DNA from: Candidatus Micrarchaeia archaeon
Lineage (GTDB): Archaea; Micrarchaeota; Micrarchaeia; Anstonellales; Bilamarchaeaceae
Length of the DNA: 15,947 nucleotides
Direction: 5' to 3'
Assembly (NCBI GenBank): GCA_046538155.1
Contig: JBKHJL010000026.1
Location: forward strand, 1-15,947
A program made the position numbers and the translations under genes. Under the pieces are notes generated by a model that searched no databases, had not been told where the DNA came from, and saw only the letters and a program-made list of their open reading frames with translations. This document shows positions 7,406 to 15,134 of the stretch, piece by piece (the stretch's first letter is position 1; each line of letters starts with the position of its first letter).

Positions 7406-7945
7406 ATGGAAGTTGAAGAATGCATACTTAGCAGGAGGTCCGTCAGGGCTTACCAGGATAAGACAGTAGCAGAAGAAGATATACAGAAAATACTGAAAGC
7501 AGGCGCAATGGCACCATCAGCAAAAAACCTGCAGCCGGTGCGCTCCATTGTAATTACGAATAAAGAGAAAATAAAAGAGCTCTCAGGCAAGGTAAAGGAA
7601 AAGCTCAAGCAGCTTGGAGGCAGGTATAAAGAGAAGGCGGAAACAGAAGAAGACATTGTGTTTTACGGGGCCCCCCTGTTAATCCTGTTGGTGGGAAACA
7701 GGGAAAAATGGACCAAGGTTGACTGTGCTCTGGCAGCAGAAAACATGATGCTCCAGGCCCGGGCCATGGGTCTGGGAAGCTGTTATATAGGATTTATGAA
7801 CAAGATTGGAGATGACCAAGAAACACTGGGCACCCTGGGAATAGAAGAAAACCAGGAGCTTTACTGCCCCCTGATATTTGGCTATCCGGAAGGATGGCCC
7901 CAGGAAAAGGAAAGAGAGCCGGAAGTGCAGAATTGGATTAAATAG
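7406..7945 (+). CDS. Nitroreductase family protein
   Basis: ILSRRSVRAY, APSAKNLQP, DCALAAENMMLQARAMGLGSCYIG, FGYP. True start is likely ATG 7406. Confidence 0.92.
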   Translation: MEVEECILSRRSVRAYQDKTVAEEDIQKILKAGAMAPSAKNLQPVRSIVITNKEKIKELSGKVKEKLKQLGGRYKEKAETEEDIVFYGAPLLILLVGNREKWTKVDCALAAENMMLQARAMGLGSCYIGFMNKIGDDQETLGTLGIEENQELYCPLIFGYPEGWPQEKEREPEVQNWIK

Positions 7946-7965
7946 ATTTAGGGAGAAGAAGGCCC

Positions 7966-8742
7966 ATGGATTTCCTTGGAATGCTGCTCCTGTCTATAAT
8001 CCAGGGGATTACTGAGTGGCTTCCTGTTTCAAGCTCCGGGCATCTGGCACTTGCCCAGCACTACTTCTTCGGTGAGCTGCCCGTGATATACGACATGGGC
8101 ATGCACGTCGGGACGATGTTTGCAGTATTGCTTTATTTCCGGGAAAGGATAGTGGCGATGGCATTAAGCCTGCTCAAATTTGATAGACGCTCAAAAGACT
8201 TCAGGCTTGTCCTGCTGTTAATACTTGGTTCAGTACCTACAGCAATAATCGGGTTCAGCTTCAAGGGATTCTTTGTTTCAATGTACACCCAGCCGCTTCT
8301 GGTTGGGGCAGCTCTGGTTATTACCTCGCTTATCCTGTTTTCAACCGGGCTTTCTTATTCCAGGAAAGCGGAGCCGGATGAAAAGAATGCAATTGCGATG
8401 GGAATAGGACAGGGGCTTGCGGTAGCTCCCGGAGTTTCCAGGAGCGGGGCCACAATAAGTGCAGGGCTTCATCTGGGGATGAGCTGGAAGGAAGCAGCCT
8501 CATTCTCCTTTCTCCTTGCAATACCCGCAATATTCGGGGCAACTTTCTTCCTTTGGCTGGAGACCTCTCCGGATTCAATTGACTGGGCACTCATGTCGGT
8601 GGGAGTAGTCGGCTCATTCCTCTCAGGTTATGCCTCAATACACATTTTGCTGAACTTCATAAGCAGGAAAACATTTCCGCTTTTTGGAGTATACTGCCTG
8701 CTGCTTGGCCTGGCTGCAATCGCCATGAATTATCCGGGATAA
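7966..8742 (+). CDS. uppP: Undecaprenyl-diphosphate phosphatase (BacA/UppP family)
   Basis: IIQGITEWLPVSSSGHL, HVGT, PGVSRSGATI, SFLLAIP. Confidence 0.93.
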   Translation: MDFLGMLLLSIIQGITEWLPVSSSGHLALAQHYFFGELPVIYDMGMHVGTMFAVLLYFRERIVAMALSLLKFDRRSKDFRLVLLLILGSVPTAIIGFSFKGFFVSMYTQPLLVGAALVITSLILFSTGLSYSRKAEPDEKNAIAMGIGQGLAVAPGVSRSGATISAGLHLGMSWKEAASFSFLLAIPAIFGATFFLWLETSPDSIDWALMSVGVVGSFLSGYASIHILLNFISRKTFPLFGVYCLLLGLAAIAMNYPG

Positions 8743-8781
8743 CCAGACACCATTTAAACTTTCCTTGATATTTATGGGAAC

Positions 8782-9030
8782 ATGGCGACTGAAGAACAGG
8801 TATCTGCTGAACTGGTGAAAATGGGCTTTTCGGAATCAGACTCCGAAGCGCTTGCAGACTGCATGGTTAATGGGAATTCCCTCTCATGGCTGAATTCGGA
8901 CCCTGTAACCGAAGAGATGCTCCAGCTCCTCAACAAATTCATAGAATTGAACAATGCAAAAATAGAAGTTAAGGTAAATGATGTTGCAACAAGAGACAAA
9001 TATCTCTGGGACGTAAGAGCAAAGAAATAA
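8782..9030 (+). CDS. Hypothetical protein, 82 aa
   Basis: ATG about 25 nt after TTTAAA (8753-8758), plausible composition, fills the gap before the convergent ferredoxin. Confidence 0.7.
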   Translation: MATEEQVSAELVKMGFSESDSEALADCMVNGNSLSWLNSDPVTEEMLQLLNKFIELNNAKIEVKVNDVATRDKYLWDVRAKK

Positions 9031-9048
9031 GCCCCATCTCCCCCAGGA

Positions 9049-9264
9049 CTATTCCTCTACTCTTATGCACTTCACCGGGCAGGCTTCTGCTGCTTCAGTG
9101 TTGCACTCCGCGTCTTCCAGAGTAAGCACGTGGTTCCCTTCAATGATTGTGGAGCCCTTGAGGAAGGATTTTCCGTCGCCTTTCATCTCCCAGTATTTTG
9201 GGCATACAGCGGCACACGCGCCGCAACCTACGCACCTTTCTCTTTCCTGGATAACTTTTGCCAT
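9049..9264 (-). CDS. Single-cluster ferredoxin (Fer4_15-like)
   Basis: CVGCGACAAVCP ... C ... AAEACPVKCI. SD GGAG precedes ATG 9264. Confidence 0.9.
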   Translation of the reverse strand: MAKVIQERERCVGCGACAAVCPKYWEMKGDGKSFLKGSTIIEGNHVLTLEDAECNTEAAEACPVKCIRVEE

Positions 9265-9313
9265 CTTAATCTCCAGCATTATATCTGCTTTAGGCTTTTA
9301 AGGATTACTTGTT

Positions 9314-9329
9314 TGTAACCATGGTTACA
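9314..9329. repeat. Perfect 16-bp palindrome TGTAACCATGGTTACA, copy 1
   Basis: Self-reverse-complementary, with an identical copy at 10073-10088. Confidence 0.95.
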
Positions 9330-9413
9330 TGCTAGGCTAAGCACCGGCAACCCCCTCTTTTATCCTGTTTATAAGGCTAAATCCAGGAAGCCTTCTGGTG
9401 ATTAGATAGGAAT

Positions 9414-9447
9414 ATTTATTAAACGTAATGCACATAATACACATAAT
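9414..9447 (+). promoter_or_regulatory. TATA box and putative antitoxin operator (three 9-bp-pitch direct repeats)
   Basis: TTTATTAAA followed by AACGTAAT (9422), CACATAAT (9431) and CACATAAT (9440). Confidence 0.6.
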
Positions 9448-9459
9448 TTGGTGTGGCCC

Positions 9460-9681
9460 ATGGTAAGCATAACCCTCTCTGTTTCAGAAGAAATGAAAAA
9501 AGAAATGGAAAAGTTCCCGGAAATGAACTGGTCAGAAGTAGCCAGGCAGGCCATAAAAAAGAAATTGGCCATTCTGAAAGCCTTTAAGGAGTTTTCCAGG
9601 GAAAGCGAACTTACTGAAGAGGATGCATTGCTGTTGGGGAGGAAAGTAAACAAGGGAATAGCCCGAAAACATGAAGGATAA
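9460..9681 (+). CDS. Ribbon-helix-helix (VapB/CopG-like) antitoxin
   Basis: MVSITLSVSEEMKKEM...NWSEVARQAI beta-alpha-alpha pattern, directly upstream of a PIN gene. Confidence 0.82.
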   Translation: MVSITLSVSEEMKKEMEKFPEMNWSEVARQAIKKKLAILKAFKEFSRESELTEEDALLLGRKVNKGIARKHEG

Positions 9682-9684
9682 TCT

Positions 9685-10077
9685 ATGAGGCTTGTTGTTG
9701 ATGCGAACATTCTTTTCTCTGCGTTAATCAAAGATGGGAAAACAGCAGAAATCCTGGCAAACAATCCAGGTTCATTCTATTCCCCCGAATTCTTTTTTGA
9801 AGAATTTTTGAAGCATAAGCCAGAAATTTTATTGAAGACAAAACGCACTGAAAGGGAGTTCAATGCACTTTTTGGGCTATTGAAGGAGATAATGGATATT
9901 GTTCCTAAGAGCAGGTATTTGGATATGCTGGCAAAAGCAAAGGAAATCTCCCCTGACCCGGATGATGCAGCATATTTTGCGCTTGCCCTGAAATTGGAAC
10001 TCCCGATTTGGAGCAATGACAAGAAGCTCAGAAGACAGAGCACAGTCAGGATTTATAGCACAGCAGAATTAATGTAA
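9685..10077 (+). CDS. PIN-domain (VapC-like) ribonuclease toxin
   Basis: LVVDANILFSAL, EEF, DPDDAAYFALA, IWSNDKKL acidic PIN motifs. Confidence 0.9.
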   Translation: MRLVVDANILFSALIKDGKTAEILANNPGSFYSPEFFFEEFLKHKPEILLKTKRTEREFNALFGLLKEIMDIVPKSRYLDMLAKAKEISPDPDDAAYFALALKLELPIWSNDKKLRRQSTVRIYSTAELM

Positions 10078-10088
10078 CCATGGTTACA
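10073..10088. repeat. Perfect 16-bp palindrome TGTAACCATGGTTACA, copy 2
   Basis: Identical to 9314-9329 and contains the PIN gene stop codon TAA (10075-10077). Confidence 0.95.
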
Positions 10089-10140
10089 CACCCAGCCCGG
10101 CACCAACCCTTAAAAAGCCGTATAGGGCAAATTTCTCCCT

Positions 10141-11337
10141 ATGGAAATGGGCACAGTGAAGCTCATAGAGTACGGAGTTGCATTCCTCGCCCTCTACGTT
10201 ACAATATTCTATATCCTGGTCTACCTCAAGAACAGAAAGCATCTCGCAAAAGTGCCCAGGCCCAATGGGTGGGAGCCCAGAATATCCGTGGTTGTGCCTG
10301 CTTATAATGAGGAGAAGAACATTGCACGCTGCCTGGATTCCCTGCTGAATTCCGATTACCCGAGAAACAAGCTTGAAATCCTTGTGGTGGATGACGGCTC
10401 CACAGACAATACCCTGAAAATTGCAAAAAAATACGAAGACAAGGGAGTGAAGGTTTTTCATAAGGAGAACTCAGGGAAGGCAAATGCCCTGAATTATGGG
10501 ATAAAGCGGGCCACAGGGGAGATAGTAGCCACCCTTGATGCAGACTCCCACATACTCAAAGACACAATCCGCAAAATGCTGCCCCACTTCAACGAAGAAG
10601 CAGTGGTTGCAGTGACTGCTGCAGTAAAGACCGAGCCCCCAAAGAATTTTATCCAGGAGCTCCAGAAGGTGGAATACATATATACGCTTTTTTCAAGGAG
10701 GCTGCTCTGCTTCATAGATGCAGTCCACGTTACTCCTGGGCCATTTTCCATGTTCCGGAAATGGGTATTTGATGAAATAGGCGGATTTGACCCCAATAAC
10801 ATCCTGGAGGACCAGGAAATCGCAATGCGCATCCAGTCACACAATTATAAAATCCGCTCTTCCCTGGATGCCTCAGTTTACACAGAAGTTCCGCCTTCCT
10901 TCGGAGGGCTTCTCAGGCAGCGCACCCGCTGGCACAGGGGAGGGCTCCACAATGCGGCAAAATACACGAATCTCATAGGCCCCAAGTATGGAGACCTGGG
11001 GATGGTTGTAATGCCCCTGGGCCTTATTGCAGTAGCGGCAATTTTTGCAGTCATTTTTGTAGCGATTTACTATTATTTCTTTACCGTGCACCCTGCCTTC
11101 GTGGGAATGGGCAGCTTCTTTTTCCTGATTAATCCAATTCACATAATAGGTGTCACGATACTTCTGCTTACTTTTGCCTGGGTATTCGCAGGCATGCAGT
11201 TTTTCAAGGGAGAGGGAATCAATCCACTCATGGTCATAGTGTATATCGTAAGCTATGCTTACCTGATTACCCTGTTCTGGCTTTCTGCTATATTCAAGGA
11301 ACTGACTATGAAGAGGATGACCTGGGAGTCAGGTTAA
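10141..11337 (+). CDS. Membrane GT2 glycosyltransferase, processive synthase-like (CESA-like)
   Basis: VVPAYNEE, VDDGSTD, GKANALN, DAD, LED and QRTRW, with an N-terminal TM helix and several C-terminal TM helices. Confidence 0.9.
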   Translation: MEMGTVKLIEYGVAFLALYVTIFYILVYLKNRKHLAKVPRPNGWEPRISVVVPAYNEEKNIARCLDSLLNSDYPRNKLEILVVDDGSTDNTLKIAKKYEDKGVKVFHKENSGKANALNYGIKRATGEIVATLDADSHILKDTIRKMLPHFNEEAVVAVTAAVKTEPPKNFIQELQKVEYIYTLFSRRLLCFIDAVHVTPGPFSMFRKWVFDEIGGFDPNNILEDQEIAMRIQSHNYKIRSSLDASVYTEVPPSFGGLLRQRTRWHRGGLHNAAKYTNLIGPKYGDLGMVVMPLGLIAVAAIFAVIFVAIYYYFFTVHPAFVGMGSFFFLINPIHIIGVTILLLTFAWVFAGMQFFKGEGINPLMVIVYIVSYAYLITLFWLSAIFKELTMKRMTWESG

Positions 11338-11343
11338 TCCAGG

Positions 11344-11985
11344 TTAATCAATTTTTCCGGAGAGCTCTTCGGAGGTATAGAGCCCGGAAAGTGTTTCAGA
11401 ATCAACCACCACTGCTGGGTAATCTGTGATGTTATACTGCTCCCCCAATACCTTCACAACAGCAGAATCAGAATTCCCTTCAAAGGAAAAGACCTTAACC
11501 CTGGAGTAAGAAGCCCTCAGTTTATCAAGCTCTGCACCCTGCTTTCCCGAAACCTCACTATTATCATAGAAAAATAGCACAAGTACGTAATCTTCCCCGC
11601 ATTCTTTTTTCATTTTTTTCATGAGCAGGTAGTTCTCAAACTCAAGATAGTAGTATCTCTCACGGAGTTCCTCATCATATACTTCCCTCACGCTTTCGAG
11701 GTATTCAAGCCGGTCCCCGATGAGTTTCCTCTCGGAGTCAACAGATTCCAGCTTTTCCGAGTAAATCGGGCAGAATTTTCCCATTTCCTGCTCGGTAAGG
11801 AGCAGAATGCGGGAGAGGTAGAGGTCCTGCTCAAGCGTGACAAGCTCTTCCTCCACCGCTGCCTTTGCACTGTCATCAACGACCATCCCCACATAAATCC
11901 CAAGGCTGAAGACGATAACCGTAAGCACAAATGCGAGAAGGTATGTGCCGGTGCTTATGTTGCGCTTGACCTTGGGATGGGGCAT
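11344..11985 (-). CDS. Membrane-anchored hypothetical protein with helical stalk and thioredoxin-like C-terminus (no CxxC)
   Basis: TM YLLAFVLTVIVFSLGIYVG, coiled-coil-like middle, VLFFY...VKVFSF...YNITDYPAVVVD. SD GAGG precedes ATG 11985. Confidence 0.72.
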   Translation of the reverse strand: MPHPKVKRNISTGTYLLAFVLTVIVFSLGIYVGMVVDDSAKAAVEEELVTLEQDLYLSRILLLTEQEMGKFCPIYSEKLESVDSERKLIGDRLEYLESVREVYDEELRERYYYLEFENYLLMKKMKKECGEDYVLVLFFYDNSEVSGKQGAELDKLRASYSRVKVFSFEGNSDSAVVKVLGEQYNITDYPAVVVDSETLSGLYTSEELSGKID

Positions 11986-11986
11986 T

Positions 11987-12124
11987 CTATTCCTCTTCTT
12001 TCTTTTTCTTCTTTTTTGAGCCAGTGAGGATGCCCACTTCTTTGTCAAATATCTCCGGCTCTTCCTCCTTCAGCTTCTTCTTGTATTTCTTGAGTTCTTT
12101 GTAGGGGTCTTTTTTCTCTCCCAT
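11987..12124 (-). CDS. Small highly charged protein, 45 aa; absent from the ORF track
   Basis: MGEKKDPYKELKKYKKKLKEEEPEIFDKEVGILTGSKKKKKKEEE, separated by 1 bp from both neighbouring genes. Confidence 0.65.
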   Translation of the reverse strand: MGEKKDPYKELKKYKKKLKEEEPEIFDKEVGILTGSKKKKKKEEE

Positions 12125-12125
12125 C

Positions 12126-12560
12126 CTATCCCTGAACCTTTTCCCCGATTGCAAAACTCGTCTTCAGTTCGGTTATTTTTATCTTTACGGTGTCTCCCTT
12201 CTGGACTCCGGGTATGAATATCACAAAGCCATCCTTTTTCGCTATCCCGTCTCCTTTTGCCCCCACGGATTCGATTGTGACTTCCAGCTCATCCCCAAGC
12301 TCTACAGGCTTTGGAAGGTCAACAAATTTCCTCTCAGGAGGCGCTTCTTCCCGGTCTCCACTTCCTTCTTCGGATGCTTCTTCCTGTTTTTCAGGTTCTT
12401 CTGCCTCTTTTTTCTCAGGTTCTGCCTCTTCCTGTGGGGATTCTTCCTTTTCTTCAGAAACTGGTTCCTCTGCAGGTTTTTCCTGCTCTACCTGGGCTTC
12501 CTGCTCTTCTGCAGACTCTTCAAGTTTTTCTTCGACCTTTTCTTCTTCCACGTTCACCAC
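12126..12560 (-). CDS. TRAM-domain RNA-binding protein with long acidic N-terminal extension
   Basis: PKPVELGDELEVTIESVGAKGDGIAKKDGFVIFIPG...VKIKITEL...FAIG. Confidence 0.9.
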   Translation of the reverse strand: MVNVEEEKVEEKLEESAEEQEAQVEQEKPAEEPVSEEKEESPQEEAEPEKKEAEEPEKQEEASEEGSGDREEAPPERKFVDLPKPVELGDELEVTIESVGAKGDGIAKKDGFVIFIPGVQKGDTVKIKITELKTSFAIGEKVQG

Positions 12561-12632
12561 CTTGTGGTCCTTGCCCAGATAAGCACGAGAAAACTTAAAT
12601 AGTTATACTCTCTACATCCAATAGGTGTTTTG

Positions 12633-13202
12633 ATGGCTGATGATGATAAAGAAAAGAAACGCAGGGGCCTTTTTGGCCTGTTTGGAGGAAGGGACGAGTT
12701 TTTTGAAAATATTGACGACATGTTTGAAAGAATGAGGGATGAGATGGAAGAGGAGATGGACAGGATGAAGACCTTCCGCCTCCAGGCAGACAATAACCGG
12801 CTCAAAGAGCTTTCCAGCAACCCGAATGTAAAAGTTTACGGCTATTCAATGCGGATTGGCGAGGACGGCAAGCCCAAATTCAGGGAATTTGGCAACGTGA
12901 AGCCCAGAAAGGAGCCGGAAGGCCCTATGATGAAGGAAGGGGAGCCGGAGCTCACAACCGAGGGTGCCAGGGAGCCGCTTGTGGATATGTTCACTGCCAA
13001 AAACAAAACCACTGTGGTGGCAGAGCTCCCGGGTGTTGCGGAAAAAGACATCAACATACGCCTGGACGGGAAGATGCTGGAAATAGAAGTGGACAAGGGC
13101 CAGCACAAGTACTACAAAAAGCTCACGCTGCCCAAGAAGTTTACAAAGAAGAATATGAAGAAGAGCTACAACAACGGAGTGCTGGAGCTGGTATTCTCCT
13201 GA
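12633..13202 (+). CDS. hsp20: Archaeal small heat shock protein Hsp20
   Basis: VYGYSMRIGEDGKPKFREFGNV, REPLVD, AELPGV, YNNGVLE. Confidence 0.92.
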   Translation: MADDDKEKKRRGLFGLFGGRDEFFENIDDMFERMRDEMEEEMDRMKTFRLQADNNRLKELSSNPNVKVYGYSMRIGEDGKPKFREFGNVKPRKEPEGPMMKEGEPELTTEGAREPLVDMFTAKNKTTVVAELPGVAEKDINIRLDGKMLEIEVDKGQHKYYKKLTLPKKFTKKNMKKSYNNGVLELVFS

Positions 13203-13430
13203 CTACTCCTTCTTTATTTCTGCAATTGCTCTTTCAACTACCGGAAGAATGGCTTCTGCTTCTTCTGCAGTGAGTCTGCCCAGCTTTGTGAACATCTCTC
13301 CCCTGAATCTCTGTATGCTTATCTTCTTGTTGCCTTCATTGTACTGCATTACCCTTACTGCAAAGGTGTAGTCACCAACTTCAAGTTTCTCTTCCCACAG
13401 TGTCTTATCCAAATTTGGGTCATAAGGCAT
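13203..13430 (-). CDS. Small hypothetical protein, possibly PC4/YdbC-like ssDNA-binding fold
   Basis: Beta-strand pattern VRVMQYNEG..KISIQR...FTKLGRLTAEEA followed by an amphipathic helix. SD-like GTGAG. Confidence 0.6.
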   Translation of the reverse strand: MPYDPNLDKTLWEEKLEVGDYTFAVRVMQYNEGNKKISIQRFRGEMFTKLGRLTAEEAEAILPVVERAIAEIKKE

Positions 13431-13505
13431 AGTATCTCACTCTCTATCATATTATTTTATATAATATATAATTAAGTAAAACTTAAATTAATTAGCATTC
13501 CCCCA

Positions 13506-13805
13506 CTATCCCAGCCCCAGCTGCTTTTTCCCCTTCTCTGAAATCCTTTCCGGGCTCCAGGGGGGGTTCCAGACCAGTTCCACTTCAGCCTCTTTAATCC
13601 CATCTGCCTTCTCTGCAGCCGCCTTTACGCCGGACGCAAGGTGCCGGAGCATCGGGCATGCAGGGGTGGTAAATGTCATTTTTACTGTTGCCCTACTCCC
13701 TTCTACTTCAACCCCATAGATAAGGCCCAGGTCAACAATGCTTATGCCCAGCTCAGGGTCCATAACCTCCTTGAGCTTCTCCAGAACCCTTTCTTTAGCA
13801 CCCAT
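13506..13805 (-). CDS. DUF59 / SufT / MIP18 family metal-sulfur cluster assembly factor
   Basis: VMDPELGISIVDLGLIY, TFTTPACP, PPWSPERIS. True start is ATG 13805. Confidence 0.92.
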   Translation of the reverse strand: MGAKERVLEKLKEVMDPELGISIVDLGLIYGVEVEGSRATVKMTFTTPACPMLRHLASGVKAAAEKADGIKEAEVELVWNPPWSPERISEKGKKQLGLG

Positions 13806-13815
13806 GGAACCCCTT

Positions 13816-14385
13816 TTAGCCCTTCTTTGAAGCAAATGGCTTAAGTATCCTCTTTGCCTTCCTGAGGGCCTTCTGGATGCTTTTTTCGTCCCTGGAACCT
13901 GCACAGATGACCTTACCATTCTTGAAAAGCAGGAGGGATGCCTTGGGGTCCCTGAACTTGAGTATTGCCCCAGGGAACTGCTCAGGCTCGTATTCAACAT
14001 CCTCAACTTCGTATGCAATGGTATACAGGTCCAGACCCATTCCGAGGTTTGCAGAAGCCACGATGTTCGTTATTTCAAATTTCGGCTTTTTCATGGTTTT
14101 TGTAATCTTTTTTGCCTTTGGCTTCAGCATTTTCAGGGTTTTTCCGATCGTTCTCTCTATCGCAATTTTTGTTTTGCATCCAACACAGACCACCTTTCCG
14201 TTCTTGAAAAGCAGGAGAGTTGCCTTCGGGTCCTCAAATTTCAGTATAGCTCCGGGAAACTGCTCAGGCTCATATTCTATTTCAGGGATCTCCCTTGCAA
14301 GGGTAAAAAGGTCAAGCTCAAGCCCGAGGTTTGCCGAGGCCACAATATTTGTAACTTTATAATCTATTCCTCTTAGTTTGGCCAC
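13816..14385 (-). CDS. tbp: TATA-box-binding protein
   Basis: Two repeats of NIVAS...YEPEQFPG...LLFKNGKV. GTG at 14385 is preceded by GGGTGG. Confidence 0.96.
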   Translation of the reverse strand: MAKLRGIDYKVTNIVASANLGLELDLFTLAREIPEIEYEPEQFPGAILKFEDPKATLLLFKNGKVVCVGCKTKIAIERTIGKTLKMLKPKAKKITKTMKKPKFEITNIVASANLGMGLDLYTIAYEVEDVEYEPEQFPGAILKFRDPKASLLLFKNGKVICAGSRDEKSIQKALRKAKRILKPFASKKG

Positions 14386-14526
14386 AACATCCACCCTTTT
14401 TAAATAAGGTTTGGAAAGCTTTTTAAATGGTTTATAAATACTAATACTCGAATGCCCTAATTCTGGCAACCCCTAAAGGATGTTGGATTTAAAAACAGGG
14501 CTGCAGAAAAAAACTGAGGTGAGAAC

Positions 14527-14808
14527 ATGGTTAAACGCTCAAGAGGAGGACTCAGCGCAAGGACAAAGAATCTCCACATCAGGAGAAAGCTCACAGTATC
14601 TGACAGAGTCAGGGAGTTCCAGATAGGGAACCCGGTGCTGGTGTCTGTAAAGCCACGGATAGAGGGTATGCCTGCTCCCAGGTATCACGGGAAATACGGG
14701 AAGATAGTGGAAAAGCAGGGAAGCGCATACATCGTTGAAGTGAAAGACGGGAAGTCAAAGAAGAGGCTTGTGGTTTCCCCCATTCACCTGCAGGAGGTTA
14801 AAAAATGA
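14527..14808 (+). CDS. rpl21e: 50S ribosomal protein L21e
   Basis: MVKRSRG...TK...GMPAPRYHGKYG...K...PIHL, SD GAGGTGA, conserved order with rpoF and DUF655. Confidence 0.93.
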   Translation: MVKRSRGGLSARTKNLHIRRKLTVSDRVREFQIGNPVLVSVKPRIEGMPAPRYHGKYGKIVEKQGSAYIVEVKDGKSKKRLVVSPIHLQEVKK

Positions 14809-15134
14809 AAATAACAGGCACTAAGCCGACCTCTATAGCCAGGGTTAATGAGGTTCTTGAAGCGAGGGCAGACGCAGGTGAGGAGCTGGGCTATGAGCAG
14901 GAGAACGCTCTTGAGCACGCTTCAGAATTTGCACATTCAACCTCCAAGAAAACTGCGGCCCTTGCCTCAAAGCTCAGGAAGGAAGTCCCGGAACTGGAAG
15001 AGGAAGCGGCGATGAAGCTTGCTGAAGTGCTTCCCTCTACCCCCGAGCTTGTGCAGGCAATCCTCACCTATACAAAAACAGAGCTGCCTGAAGAAAAGGT
15101 AAGCAAAATTATTGAAATTACTAAGGTGAAATGA
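14805..15134 (+). CDS. rpo4: DNA-directed RNA polymerase subunit Rpo4 (F)
   Basis: ELGYEQENALEH..F, KLAEVLP..PELV, and position between L21e and DUF655. Confidence 0.88.
   Translation: MKITGTKPTSIARVNEVLEARADAGEELGYEQENALEHASEFAHSTSKKTAALASKLRKEVPELEEEAAMKLAEVLPSTPELVQAILTYTKTELPEEKVSKIIEITKVK

Noticed and set aside
7966..8742. UppP in an archaeon as a novelty
   Set aside because: BacA/UppP homologues are already known in archaea, plausibly recycling polyprenyl carriers.
9314..10088. Integron gene cassette with attC sites (stop codon inside TAAC...GTT)
   Set aside because: The palindromes are only 16 bp with no visible L boxes or extrahelical bases, far shorter than attC sites, and no integrase is present.
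13446..13494. dif/Xer site
   Set aside because: No TATAA-N6-TTATA arm arrangement can be fitted.
13806..14469. Long N-terminal extensions in the ORF track for DUF59 (to 14018) and TBP (to 14469); similarly 7361 and 12048 starts
   Set aside because: They overlap other genes, promoters or the sRNA; downstream starts match the family N-termini, most with SD motifs.
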